From the IMG/VR virus record IMGVR_UViG_3300049043_000112, positions 1 to 64,000 of that record: 64,000 nucleotides of DNA, one strand, 5' to 3'. Within the stretch, counting starts at the first letter, position 1, and each line of letters begins with the position of its first letter. The translations under genes were made by a program, and so were the position numbers. The notes beneath the pieces are model-generated. The model did no database searches and was not told the DNA's origin. It saw nothing but the letters and a program-made list of their open reading frames with translations. This document shows positions 49,858-62,187 of this stretch, in pieces.

Positions 49858-51248
49858 TAAAATGTACCAAATGGATTTGACTCTGAAAAATCTATAATAT
49901 TGTCCGCTTCAGTTTCAATTTGTTTATTTTCACTATATTTATCATATTCATCCCACTCTTCAAATGATGAGACTGCATACCTTGCAGATGATGCTGCTCC
50001 AATAATAAGTTCCCCTGGATAAAATCCTTTAATTGTCGCTCCAATACTTACAATAGAAACCTTAAGTACATTAGTATCTTTATCCCAAGACTTAACTCTT
50101 GCGGTCGTATAAGACCTTGTTCCGGTAACAATTTCATTAAATATGTAAGTTCCAATTCCAGAAATAATCGATGGAGATTGAATACTTACAGTAGGTGCCT
50201 GTGTATATCCAATTCCTGCATTAGAAATACGAATATCAGATACTTGCTCACTGGAATTTATGGCGGCAATTCCAATAGCAGTTTGTCCAGTTCCTACAGA
50301 TCCCACAATTGTTACTGTTGGAGTTTCTTTATAACCATTTCCATTATTTGTTACAGTAAAGTTTATAATTCCATTCGCAACTGTTTCTATGGAACAAGTT
50401 GCAATTGCACCAGCACCACCGCCACCAGTAATCTGAATTGTAGGTGCTACAGTGTACCCTGAACCAGCGTTAGTAAGCAGGATTTGACTTACAGACCTAA
50501 CTCCACCAATTGCTGAAGTAATCGCTACAGCAGACGCATTAGTGCCTCCTGCAGGGGCAGTTGATATAGAAACAACGGGGTTTGATGTGTACCCGTATCC
50601 ATCATTATTCAAATAAATTTGTCTGATATATCCTGTTCCTATTGTTGCTGTTGCTGCAGCCGTTGTACCAATACCAATTAAATTCAAAGTTGTAATATAC
50701 CCTTCATTTTGAATTGTCTTATCAATTTCATCAATTGAAGTATCGATAACTTCATCCTTATATTCGAAGAGTTCACATTTTAGTTCATAGACATATAATT
50801 TACCCAATTGATAAAATGGTTGTTCATGCTCTACAAATTTAACTTCAAATAATCTTTGACCAAGTGGAAAATAAATTAAATCTCCTTCACGAGGTCTTGA
50901 TGCTAATTCAATTTCTGGATCATTTTCATCTAAAAAGGGGGCAATAAAATCTTCATATCTTTCTCTTGATATGACTAAACTTACTTCATCTTTCAAACTT
51001 ATTCCAAATTTTGTTAAAAGATCTCCCTGCCCACTGTATCCTTCATAGTTATTAATATACGCTTCAATAGCGTAGTTATCATCAAATTTAGATGATGAAA
51101 TTTCTCTTAAAATAGTTTCCCTTCTAACAAATTTTCTTGGAATATAGATAACTTCAACCCCATAAATTTTAAGCTGCTCATTAATCAACTCTTGAACGAG
51201 TCTTTGTTCGTTTGGTGATCCTTGAAGAAAAAAGGGATTAAGTGCCAT
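49857..51248 (-). CDS. gp14: Neck protein with an internal repeat insertion
   Basis: MALNPFF, GVEVIYIPR, LASRPREGDLIYFP, FSESNPFG; four GxGY-x3-P-x-V-x-I repeats. Confidence 0.9.
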   Translation of the reverse strand: MALNPFFLQGSPNEQRLVQELINEQLKIYGVEVIYIPRKFVRRETILREISSSKFDDNYAIEAYINNYEGYSGQGDLLTKFGISLKDEVSLVISRERYEDFIAPFLDENDPEIELASRPREGDLIYFPLGQRLFEVKFVEHEQPFYQLGKLYVYELKCELFEYKDEVIDTSIDEIDKTIQNEGYITTLNLIGIGTTAAATATIGTGYIRQIYLNNDGYGYTSNPVVSISTAPAGGTNASAVAITSAIGGVRSVSQILLTNAGSGYTVAPTIQITGGGGAGAIATCSIETVANGIINFTVTNNGNGYKETPTVTIVGSVGTGQTAIGIAAINSSEQVSDIRISNAGIGYTQAPTVSIQSPSIISGIGTYIFNEIVTGTRSYTTARVKSWDKDTNVLKVSIVSIGATIKGFYPGELIIGAASSARYAVSSFEEWDEYDKYSENKQIETEADNIIDFSESNPFGTF

Positions 51249-52091
51249 TATCCAATAAAATCGTAAGGAGGAAGTTCATAATCCATCGACATTCTCTGTC
51301 TGATGCTCTCTAATTCTCTTTCAGCATCATCATATATTTCTCTACCATTCAATTCAATTCCACCAGGAAGTTTAACTCCCCTAAATTTAATTAAATTCTG
51401 ACCCCACTGACGTTTCATCAACGCAGTCAGATATTTTTTTAAGAAACTATCATTATAAACTTTGGTGAAATCATTTGGATCTGAAAATTCTGTAACAATC
51501 AATAACTATAAAAGTATCTTTTTCTTTCGCTCCCCAATCAATATCAAGATACAATCTATTTTGTCTTTTATTAAAACGTATCTGCTTGTCTGTTGATAAA
51601 AGAAAATCAATATCTTCAAGATAAGTTTTTACCATTGCATATTGTAAGAGTTCAACAGAGTTGAAATAATACAAGTCATTTAAGAAAAGTTGATATTTAA
51701 TACTGAACATTCCAGCGGAAATTGAACTAGTATCAAATTTAAAAACTTTTTCAATGCCTATAACACTATCAGGAACTTGAATAAAGTTTGTGTTTTCATA
51801 AAAATTGAATGATGTTGTCCCAATTCCAGAAATTGTCGTAGTTCCAGTTGTAGTTACAATTCCAACTCCATTTGTATATTTTGCTCTTGCTCTATCTAAA
51901 TCTGCTTGTGTAATTTTGTACTTTAAGTACATTCTTTCAACACCATCAAAGTGTCTTTCATGAAAATACTGTAAAGCATCATCAACTAAATCATCAATTT
52001 GTTCGTCTGATATATTAATTTCTAATACCGGTGCCCCCAGTCTTCTGAGACAGTAATCGATTAATTCTTGTCTACTTGTAGGTTTTGACAT
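51248..52091 (-). CDS. gp13: Neck protein, +1 indel near 51485
   Basis: LIDYCLRRLGAPVLEIN, KRQWGQNL.KF.GVKLPGG.ELNG. Confidence 0.93.
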
Positions 52092-52637
52092 TAGTACAAT
52101 CCTCCATCGATTGCCCCTGACCAGGTTGGAACTCCAGCGCCATTAGTTGTCATTATATAGTTGCTATCATCAATTCCATTTTGTGGACTTTGAGTGGATA
52201 CCATTAATCCAGAAGAATTAAAATATGGCATACCATTTGTATAATATGGACCATAATATAATCCACCAGGTAATAGTAGTAATACCAGTTATTCTTGCAT
52301 TTCGTGCAGTAAATTCATCAAAGAAAATATCATCATTTACATATAAATCACCACCAATATAAACATCATTTCTAAATGTTGATACTCCTACAAAAGTAGA
52401 AACACCTAAAACATTAATTCCTGTATTTGCAGTTAAGATACCTGCAAATATTGCACCATCTCTAAAAGTAGCAAGTCCAACTATTGTTGAAATTCCACTT
52501 ACATAAAGTTCTCTAACTGAAGCGATTCCACCGATTACATTTTCAGCACTAACTGCTCTGCCTCCAGCAGATCCAGAAAGGCTGGAAATAACTTTAACGG
52601 CATTTTGTTGCCCAACTCGGACTTTAATATCTGCCAT
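52091..52637 (-). CDS. Hypothetical structural protein, +1 indel near 52265
   Basis: MADIKVRVGQQNAVKV...GVSTF repeats; the corrected tail ends AIDGGLY* at 52091. Confidence 0.6.
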
Positions 52638-52978
52638 TATCGAGTAGCTCCTTCTCTTACAAGAACCATACCTTCAATGACCCTGTTTTTTACACCAAAT
52701 TCGTCAGTAATAACAACATCATAAATGTATCTTCCAGGTTTAATTGCAGATGTTTCTGCTGCAGTTAATCTAATTAAGATTTGTCCAGCGGATTCGGATT
52801 CAACAGTGGCAGTAAAACTAATTGCAGATGTACTCCCAGACCACTTTCTCATCTGAGATGCAACGGTATAATTTGTTAAATCAAAGGAAGAATTAGTTGC
52901 AAATCCTTCTAAAGTAAAAAGTTGGCTAAAATTAGCTCCTGTGTTTATAACCAGGTTATTGACATATACCGCTGCCAT
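52637..52978 (-). CDS. Small beta-sandwich structural protein
   Basis: INTGANF...FDLTNYTVASQMRKW...PGRYIYDV; TATAAATA at 53001-53008. Confidence 0.65.
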   Translation of the reverse strand: MAAVYVNNLVINTGANFSQLFTLEGFATNSSFDLTNYTVASQMRKWSGSTSAISFTATVESESAGQILIRLTAAETSAIKPGRYIYDVVITDEFGVKNRVIEGMVLVREGATR

Positions 52979-52992
52979 CTATTTTTAGAGAC

Positions 52993-53181
52993 CTACTTTT
53001 TATTTATATCTGGTGTTGGTCCGAGTGTTGCCAGCACCTCTTGCTGTCTAAGATATAATTTACAATATAATTTTGAAAATTTTCTTAGTTCATTAATGTC
53101 TAGTTCATCAATTATTCTAGAATGTTTTTCATATTCAAATAATTTATTAATTGATTCAAGTTTAATTTCATCTGGATCCAT
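52993..53181 (-). CDS. NblA-like (phycobilisome degradation adaptor-like) protein
   Basis: MDPDEIKLESINKLFEYEKHSRIIDELDINELRKFSKLYCKLYLRQQEVLATL: 62 aa, helix-loop-helix hydrophobic pattern similar to NblA; judged by eye only. Confidence 0.45.
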   Translation of the reverse strand: MDPDEIKLESINKLFEYEKHSRIIDELDINELRKFSKLYCKLYLRQQEVLATLGPTPDINKK

Positions 53182-53368
53182 TAACAATCTCCTTAAGTAA
53201 AGATTTAATTTCTTCAATATCTTTTTTCATATTATCAATTTCATTTTTTTGCAGTGCTCTATTATTCATAGCATTAACATATTGTGTATATGACACATTA
53301 TCGCAGTTAATTATAGCACCGGTCTGTTCGTCACGATACAGATTTGGATGTCCTTGTACTGGTATCAT
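53168..53368 (-). CDS. Conserved small hypothetical protein
   Basis: MIPVQGHPNLYRDEQTGAIIN...EIKSLLKEI. Confidence 0.7.
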   Translation of the reverse strand: MIPVQGHPNLYRDEQTGAIINCDNVSYTQYVNAMNNRALQKNEIDNMKKDIEEIKSLLKEIVNGSR

Positions 53369-56300
53369 TACGCTAGGGCAATACTTCTAAGATCTCTAAA
53401 CCTTGGAGCATATGCTTGTGATCTTCCTGACATGACGAGTTTAATTGTATATCCAGTGAAACTTCCAAGATTGTTAGCACTAAATTCATATTCTAAAAAT
53501 TAATCCTTTAAGCTTGCAGGAACAAACACATCTGGAAGTCCACTGTTTTTGGATGGATCAACAATATCCAAATATCCGTCTTGATTATTGTCAATAGTTA
53601 AATTATTGTATCCAGGGAATAGTTCAAATGCTTGACTTACTTCACTCGAATCGGGTCTAATTAAACTATAAAGAACTCTAAAATCTGCAGTTGAATCTCT
53701 ATAAGCACTTAATATAACTTTCAGAGATGTTGCTGGTTGTTGCAGTTTTACGGTATTTGAAACATAAATTGATGCATGTGGATCACCAATAATGTTATTA
53801 ACTCTATTATCTAAAGTATAATCTGCAATTGGAGAATTTAATCTGTTACTTATAAGTTGTGCAGAAGACTCCTGCCAGAAAATAACAGGAGAAACGTTTT
53901 GATCGGTTGTTGATAAATCAACTTTAACGGTAAACGATTTATTTCTCAATACAGATCCAAGATATGTTTGCTCGTTAATATTTGAGCATACAATTCTAGT
54001 CGAATTTAGATTATTTGCAACTCCTATTTCTACAGGTTCATAACCTAAATCTACAAAAGAACTTTCAGTTCCATTTACACTAGTTCCAGATATGGTTCTT
54101 ATTTGAGCAAGACTAGAAGTTACTGCAGAAGGATTGACAACTGATATTTGTGGAATAATGGTATTAAACTGAATGTTTTCGGAAGATCTTACTTCAGTTC
54201 CGCCGCACAACGCATTGGAATTAAATGATAACTGAGGAGCACTAGTAATTGATCCATCTGTTGATCTATTAGTTACATTAGCATCAAATGCAAATCTATC
54301 AACTTCAATATAGTAATTATCAATATCAATGCCAGTATCGCTAATATCATGTGTTTTGTTAATTCTTCTTAAGGATACTCCACCAAGTTCATACTTATAA
54401 ACTTGTGTATTGGTTGGATAAGTTAGAACTAGCGTGGAATCAATACCTCTAGTAATTCCATTTAATGTACCACTTCCTACAGAAGTATATTTAATAATTT
54501 CATTTTCAATCTTAACAAATCCAGGATTTGTTGCGCTTACAGTAAGACCTTCAAAAGTATTGAAGTTAGATGTAGAAGCAACACTAATTGTCGTGTTTGT
54601 TGATGTAATTGGTTGTGCAAGAGATGTGGGTATGATGTCAGTAATTGCATTTGAAATAGTTATCTTGTTGGTATTCGCATACATTCCATGATTAAAGTGA
54701 TTTACTCTAAAGAAGTTTCCAGCGTTAATACCACCAATTGCAGTTGATGAGAGGACACTTGTACCAGCAATTGAAGTGGCATTTCCAGAAGTATCATAAT
54801 AAACTAAGGTTGAAATACCTGCCGTTGTGAAAGAATTCCCTTGAACATTTGAAAGGTATAATGTATCAAGACCTGTAATAGAGTTAATTGTAATTCTTGC
54901 GTTTCTTCCAGACACTGAAGAAACAGAAGATGTGACAATTCCAACAACATCACCAACAGAATATCCATTTCCTGGACTTACAATTGTCGCAACACCTACA
55001 ACACCACTAGTAGCAGTGATGTTCAGAGTCAATCCTGTTCCATTACCAGTGATTGCGTATGTTGAAACTACACCATTTGAGTAATTTGTTCCACCAGTGG
55101 TTATTCCAATTGTTGCAACAGAACTTCCAGTACCAACAATATAGCCATTAAGTATATGGAGTTCCAACTGAAGAAACTTTTCTACCTGTAGTTAAGATAC
55201 CGATATTTGTTGCTGAAGTTGTAGTTGTAATTCCAACTTTAAGTTGTCTGGGTAATAAAGTGAATGGATTTGAATCTAATTTTGGAACATATCCATTACT
55301 TTCGTTTAGGGTTGGATTATGGAAGAATGCACTTCCTGTAGAAGAAACAAATTTAGATTTATACAGTTTAAACTTTAAATCTTGATATTGATTTGCTGTC
55401 CATATAGATCCATTTTGTGATTTGAATAGACTTCCTAAAGCAAACTGTCTTGAATATCGAATGCTTTGTGAGTCTGGTAAGGTTGAGGTTTCAATAGTCT
55501 TTTGACCCATTTCAGCAATCCAAACTTCATATTGAATCACTTTGGGGTGCAAGAAGAACAATTGCATATTCTAATCCTGGTGCAAGGTAAATAGGATGAT
55601 CAAATGTAACTTTTGTTGCAACCGACGCATTTTTTGAAATTTGGATATCACTTGGTTTTAGTGTTACTGGATTTCCAAGAATTTTTGTTGTTGGCGTTCC
55701 TAGTTCAACGGTTCTAACTTCAACAGTAAGTGGTGCATTGCCAGGATCTTTATTTGCAAAATACAAATCAACTGCAGTTAAAAACGCACCATTAACGTCT
55801 TCATTTGGAGTGTTTCCATTTAAGTTGTCTGTAGATGCACCAACAGTAAATGACTGCGCTAATGGATCAACATAATAAATTGTTGTTGTAGATGTAATTG
55901 TTCTTTGTTTTTGCTGCCAAGTTCCTTCAGACTTATAAATTGTCTCTCCACTTGAAATCAGATTACTTCCAGGAAGAGGAACTTCGTTAGTTGAACTAGA
56001 TGTCAACTTGTAAACTTTAGATCCTGTTGCAATTCTAATCGCAGGAGTTGGATTTGTATTTGGATCTTTGAGGAAAAATGCTCCTGCTAAAAATCCATTA
56101 GAAATCACTAATTAATCTAAGATCTTTTACATAAGCAACTGCACCGCTTGTTTGCCCAACAAGTTTCATACCCAATGCTAAATATCCAGAATACAAACCT
56201 TGTGCTTCAGAACATAAAGATTCCGTATCAATATTTAAAACCTTAGATGATGCACTGTAGGACGCTGGAATATTTTCTGTAGTCGAATATGGGTTTGTCG

Positions 56301-59300
56301 TATATGTAACTGATGGATCACTATATGGACCTTCTTTATGATTTGCTTTTGCAACTCTAAAACTAATTGCCTGACTTAAAACTCCAGAAGTAGTATTTAC
56401 ATATCCAAAAACTTTTTCACCGACTTGGAAAGATGATGAAGCACCGTAGTTTTGAAGAGTTAAGTCCGTAGCAATTTCTACAAGTTTTGGAACAAAATCA
56501 ACCAATCCATTTCCATCTAAGAATTGGTAATATCTAGTTAAAGGTCTTAAGTTTACTGCTTTAAATCCAGTATTTCTGGATCTCATATATAACTCTTTTC
56601 CAGTTGCAACAACTTGATCAACGGTTGAAGTGCTAGTGCTTTGCCCAACAACTTGATAACGTCCAGTAGCATACAACCATACCCAATTTGTTTGGTTAAC
56701 ATTTACGTCTGGAAGACGAATAGTTCTAACCCAACTATCACTTGCTGGACTTAATTTAATAGTTCCACTATAAGAGACAATATTGAATGGATTAACGTTT
56801 TCAACCTTAGTTGCAAATAACTGTTCAATCCAACCAATTGAATTATATTTTAATGTGAGAATTTCTCCAGTTTTTTGAACATTTGAATCAAATAGAGTAA
56901 AGTTTTGGGATAAATCTAATGTCTCATCTGTAACACTTTCGGCAGAAACTGGTTTAAGATTTATTGTATTTTTACTAGTTTGTGTTATTAATTCATCATT
57001 ATCAGTATCTACTTCAATTTTAGATATTTCTAAATTAATTAAATCTGTATTTTTAAAGTCGTCAACAAAGAATCCTGTTTTAAAGCGACTTAATCCTTGT
57101 GCATCACGTATTTGGAGTGTTTGTGTATTAAGTTCTAATAAAGATAAAGAAGTAACTCTTTCTAAATTGTTGACTCGATTTTCAATCTTGCCAATATCAC
57201 GCATCGTATATCTCTTATTATCCACAAGAGTTATACCTGCGTCTTTAGGATTGTATAAGTATGGTGGTAATGTGATTGTAGCAATTTCTATGGAATCGCT
57301 TGGTTTTGCTGGTTCTTTTGGTTGTACTGCTGGAGTTCCTTGAACCACTGCAAATTTGCCATTTTTATCAATGAAAAGTTTATCAATTCTTCCAAGATAA
57401 AACTGATATCCAATTAAAGCACTTTCATTGGGGGACATTAAAATTTTTGGTTCTGATCCAAAAGATCTTGAAGAAAAATCAAAAGGTGATGCTGAAGTGC
57501 TTGTAAATTGAGAAACTCTTGGTCTAAAGTCTAGAGTATCAGAAGATCTAATATTATTTTTACCAATTAATGGAATGTCTGAAGTAAATCTTTCGCCATC
57601 ATAACTATTAACAGTAAATACATCTCCGGTATCACTTGTAGGTACAGAATAATAGTCAAAAACTACTAAAAGTTGTCTTGATGGAGCACTTTCTCCAGAA
57701 TTTCGAACAATTTTTGAATAATCATAATATTGAATCTTTTTGCCCTTTATCTAAGGTATATTTTGTTGTTATATTTTTAAAACTTCCAAGAGTAATAGTA
57801 GAAATTGTAGTTTGAATGTTAGATTCTTCAAAAATTACCTGTTCTCCTTCAGAGAGAGTATTTCCATTAAGATAAACAATCCCTAAATTGTTTGTGGAAG
57901 GTTTTGAAACAATTCTGGCGACTGCGTTACTTGTTTTTCCAATAATATTTTCTCCAATAATTGCATTACTATCGACATTTACTACAGAACTAAATGAAAG
58001 TCTAGTTGGAACTGGAGCATTTGTATCAAGAGATTCATAAATTGCAATTACTTTAACAACATCTGGATAATTTAAACTAATTTCTTCGTCCTGAACTCTT
58101 AATCCATAATATTGATTATAAATTAACCCATCATTAACAGAAGTGTTTACACCAACACCAGATTGTGGATTTTTAGACAAAGTTATATTAATAGTTTTAC
58201 TTCTATTAAACTGCTTGACTTTGCTTTGAATAGAATTTTTTACAAAAGTGGCGTTAATTACTGAAATGGATTTGTTGGAAATATTTGTAAATGTTACTTG
58301 AGAAGAATTGCCACTTAAAGCAACTTTATCTGAAGTTAAATTTTCAATTGTTCCATCAGCATAAAAAATTGAATATCTTTCTTCGTCAAATGCTTCAAAT
58401 CTTGCAGAAGATGTATTAATTCCAAGATTAAAATTACTGGTGCTGACTGTAAGAGATCCACCAGAAGGAGTTAAAGTTCCTGTTGATTGTGCAGTAAACG
58501 TAATTGTTGAAGTGCTTAAATCTGTGGAAGCAATATTTGAATCTGGAAGTTGTGCATACAAAAATCCCTTTTCATCGTTTAGAATTTTTGTTTCACCTAG
58601 AGAGTATGATCCACTATATTGAGAAGTAGGTAATGCACCATCACAAACACCGTTTACACTAGTAACACTAGCAAGTGTAAGTGATAATCCAGTAGAAGAG
58701 ACAGAAGCAACTCTATTATATGTTTCAGTAGATATTCCTGCTCTTTGATATCTAACTATATTATCTGTTTTAATTCCGACAAAACTAAATGGGGAAGAAA
58801 CTGTTGCTGTGCTAACTCCAGCACTTGCAGCAGTAATTGTGATTGTTTCTGGTCTTAAAGTTTTACTTAGTTGTGTATCTGCTATAAAAGCAGTACTAAA
58901 TCCTGATATAGAAGTTGGTTGATGAACCAATCTAACATCCTCTATACTATAAACCTTAATAGAAGATATAAATCTAGAGTAATTTTCTGATCCATTGATT
59001 AAAATCTGTTCACTAACTGAAAATGTTCCAGAAGTTTGACTTAAAAGAACAGCAGACCCACTAATGGAAGCAACATACCCACTTGCACCGCTACTTTTTC
59101 CTTTTATGAAAGAAGATGTTGGTAATTCAGTTGAAGTTAAAGATTGATTTAAAGTTAATTCAGTATAAGTTTGAACATCATATAGATACAAGTCCCAGTT
59201 AGTAGTTTGATTTGAATATGCAGCATCAGTTACGTTAAATGTATAAACCCTTGCAGAACCAACGGTTGAACCTGCAGCAACAGTTGTACTGTCTTTTCTT

Positions 59301-60565
59301 CTACCTTGAAAATATACGATTCCTTTTTGAACTGGAGCACCAGATATATTATTAACTCTAACTAAATTCCCCATTTCAAAAGGAATATTTACAGAAGAAA
59401 CTGTATTAGTTGTTCTTGGTTTTGAAACATCTAAAATTTCAACTCCAGTTTTTTCTACATCATATCCTCTCACATAAGCTTTACCTGGAGACATTTTAAA
59501 GCACATCAAATCATCTGATGGTGTGTTTCCTTGCTCTGTTTTTTCTGTATCAAAGAATAAACCATCATTACCAATTCTATTATTTAATGAATTGTTTAAT
59601 GAAAATTGAAAAGGAGTAACGACATAATCTCCAGATTCATCATAAGTTCTTTGTGCTAAGTAATCTTTTATGTTTGAATATGTAGATTTGGTTTCAATCT
59701 TCTTAATTGCGCCATTTTGTACTCTAAGTAACTCTACAAAATCAATATCATTATTATCAGTTAAAAGTCTTTTTGTTAAAGTTAATGAAATTTTAAACCT
59801 ATCCGCTCCAGGGGCAGCATAGTTTGTAAAACCTTTTGCATTATCATACAAACTAGAATCATCTCTAGCAGTGATAATTTCTTCATTAATTCTTAATCCT
59901 ACTCTATAAGAAGGAGTATTTGTATAATAATCTAAAATAATTGTTTGTTTTGGAACTCTTACGAAAGTTCCTCTAATAAAATATACACCTTCACCAATTG
60001 ATGCTGCAAATCCAATCGAAGTTGAATTGGAAATGATTGTGGTGGCAAAAGGTGTTCCAGATGTAATTGTAGTAGATTGATATGTAATATTCTCTTCAAT
60101 GTATAAAGTTTCATTATCTTTGAAAGAACTTACCTCAAAATTAGAATCTAGAGCTAAGATATTTTACATATAAGGTTACATATTCTACATCAGAATTTGG
60201 AAGTTGAACTAACTGAATATTTGCAGTAACTCCAGAATCGGTTCCTATAACTTTTTTACCTACAAATTTTTCAATGTAGTTTGATATATCAACACCGTAC
60301 TGTAATTGATTTAATTTAACTGCATAAAACTGCCCATCGTATGCAATATTTCCAGGGATCACCATTGATCCGTCTTTGAAAATATGACTTCCGAACGATT
60401 CTACTTGATCTTGTAGAATTGATTGTAATGTGTTAAGTTCACGAGCTTGAATTGCCCTTCCTGGATTAAATAGGACCTTGTAATAGTTCTTATCCCTTGC
60501 ACCCACATTCACTTCCGAAAAATCATCAAAATATGGATTTATATTGAGATTAGTTTTTTGACCAT
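53368..60565 (-). CDS. Giant virion structural protein (DUF4815-type, ~2400 aa), broken by about six indels and an in-frame TAA at 53500-53502
   Basis: NLNINPYFDDF...YYKVLFNPGRAIQARELNTLQ; NYAAPGADRFKI; DNKRYTMRDIG; FKTGFFVDDF; DPLAQSF; DLKFKLY; ends APRFRDLRSIALA*. The pieces join with 1-nt corrections. Confidence 0.85.
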
Positions 60566-60568
60566 CTT

Positions 60569-62168
60569 TTAGAATTCCAGGATAATTTTAACGTCTTCTT
60601 TTTGTCTTAAACTTCTAGAAACCGTAGGTCTGTTATCAATGTAAATTATTTCTCCAGACTTATTATTTATTTGTGGTTTTGCAAGACCATCTGTAAACTG
60701 AACTCCCAAATTGATAATTCGATTGGAAATAGTTACTTTATTATCAGAAAATGTAGTATCAATACTTGCAACAAAACCATCTCCGGTAACTTGCAAATTG
60801 CTATCAGACACAAAATCTATTGCACTACCTGAAGATGTTCCTGAAGTATTGAAAAATGAAGAAACTCCAACAAAATCTTGATATGTGGAACCATTACCCC
60901 CATTAAAATATAAAGAACGATCTTTGTAATACTTTAAAACTTTCGTTTCATCATCATATGATGCCACATATCCAACTGCTTTTTTACCTGTATTTGTATT
61001 AATTTGTTGAATTCTTGTGCCAACACTTATCGCAGCATTTGACGGTGTAACAGATGATAATTTTATGGCGTATAAAGAAGAAAAATCGTTTTCATTATAA
61101 ACTGTTGTATTAATTCCTGTAGAATCATAAACAGTAGGATTTTTTAAAATCCCAATCTGAGCAAATTTAGCGTCAATTGGAAAATTCTTTGTAGAATCAT
61201 CAAATCGAGCATAGACTAAAATTCTATCTGCACCTAACTCTTTGTAAATATCAAATCCGTGACCCTTAGAAGGTGGAATAATAGGAACTAATTCTGCATA
61301 TGTTGAAGGGGTATTAGCACCTGTAGTTCCCAAGTCAACTAGAGCATATGTATAATTTTTTCCTCCAGAAGTTACTACAGCATCAGTAATTTTTCCTTGA
61401 GTTGAATCAATTTGTATAGAAACTCTACCACCAGATCCGTCACCAACTAAATTGCAAGATTGACCATTTTGTAAACTGTATCCAACTCCACCATTTTTTA
61501 CATAAACTTTTTTAATTTGGTTTTCATTTAGAGTTGAATCGCCATTTTCTCGTACTGCAACAATTTGAGAATCTGTACTTGTCTGCCAATTATTTGGAAT
61601 AGTAATATATTCTGTGGTATCAAATTTTACAATATCACTAGGAGATGTTGTATATAAGTATTTCCAAGTATACCCATCACTTAATTTGGATGGTTCTAAA
61701 TCTGTAAAAGTTGGTTCTACTTGGGATGCATTTTCCAGTTGTATTAATTCCAGTTGACCCATTATCAACACAAATATAAACTCTATAATCAGAATTAATT
61801 ACATAATAATTTGCATCATATAATCTCATTGCACCAGTAATTGGAGATGGTGATAAAATACTATAATCTGGTCTATACATTTCATATCGTTGACCAGAAA
61901 CCCAATTAATTTTTCTAACTACTCTTCTAATATTAGCACTAGTGATTTTTTTACCAAATAAAGCAGTTGACTCATAATGATTTGAATAATCAATATTATC
62001 TATCGGATTTGGAGGTGTAGAATTCCAATTAGCATCTCTTCCAAATCCAGATGTTGTTGGATTGGATAATCCAACAAAAACATAATATGAATTTGCAGAC
62101 TTCTGAACTTCGTCTATAAAAGTAGACGCATTCAGTATTCTAAATTAATCTGTTACAAATGCAGACAT
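60569..62168 (-). CDS. gp8: Baseplate wedge subunit, in-frame TAA at 62145-62147 and +1 indel near 61735
   Basis: MSAFVTD*FRILNA; ANYYVINSDYRVYIC; DGYTWKYLYT; IYIDNRP.VSRS.RQKEDVKIILEF. Confidence 0.88.
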
Positions 62169-62187
62169 CTGAATATTGTTTTTTCTA

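Noticed and set aside
5296-62147. Alternative genetic code (TAA/TAG = Gln)
   Set aside because: Most genes end normally at TAA with tight overlaps to the next start, only six internal stops occur, all follow T, and no suppressor tRNA is present in the window.
401-62168. Programmed ribosomal frameshifts or a decaying prophage as the cause of split genes
   Set aside because: Breaks hit essential single-copy genes (nrdA, gp17, gp20, gp22, gp46, uvsW, gp8), lack slippery heptamers with downstream structure, and are all single-base events at homopolymers or two motifs; no integrase or larger deletions are seen. Genes were therefore annotated as CDS, not pseudogenes.
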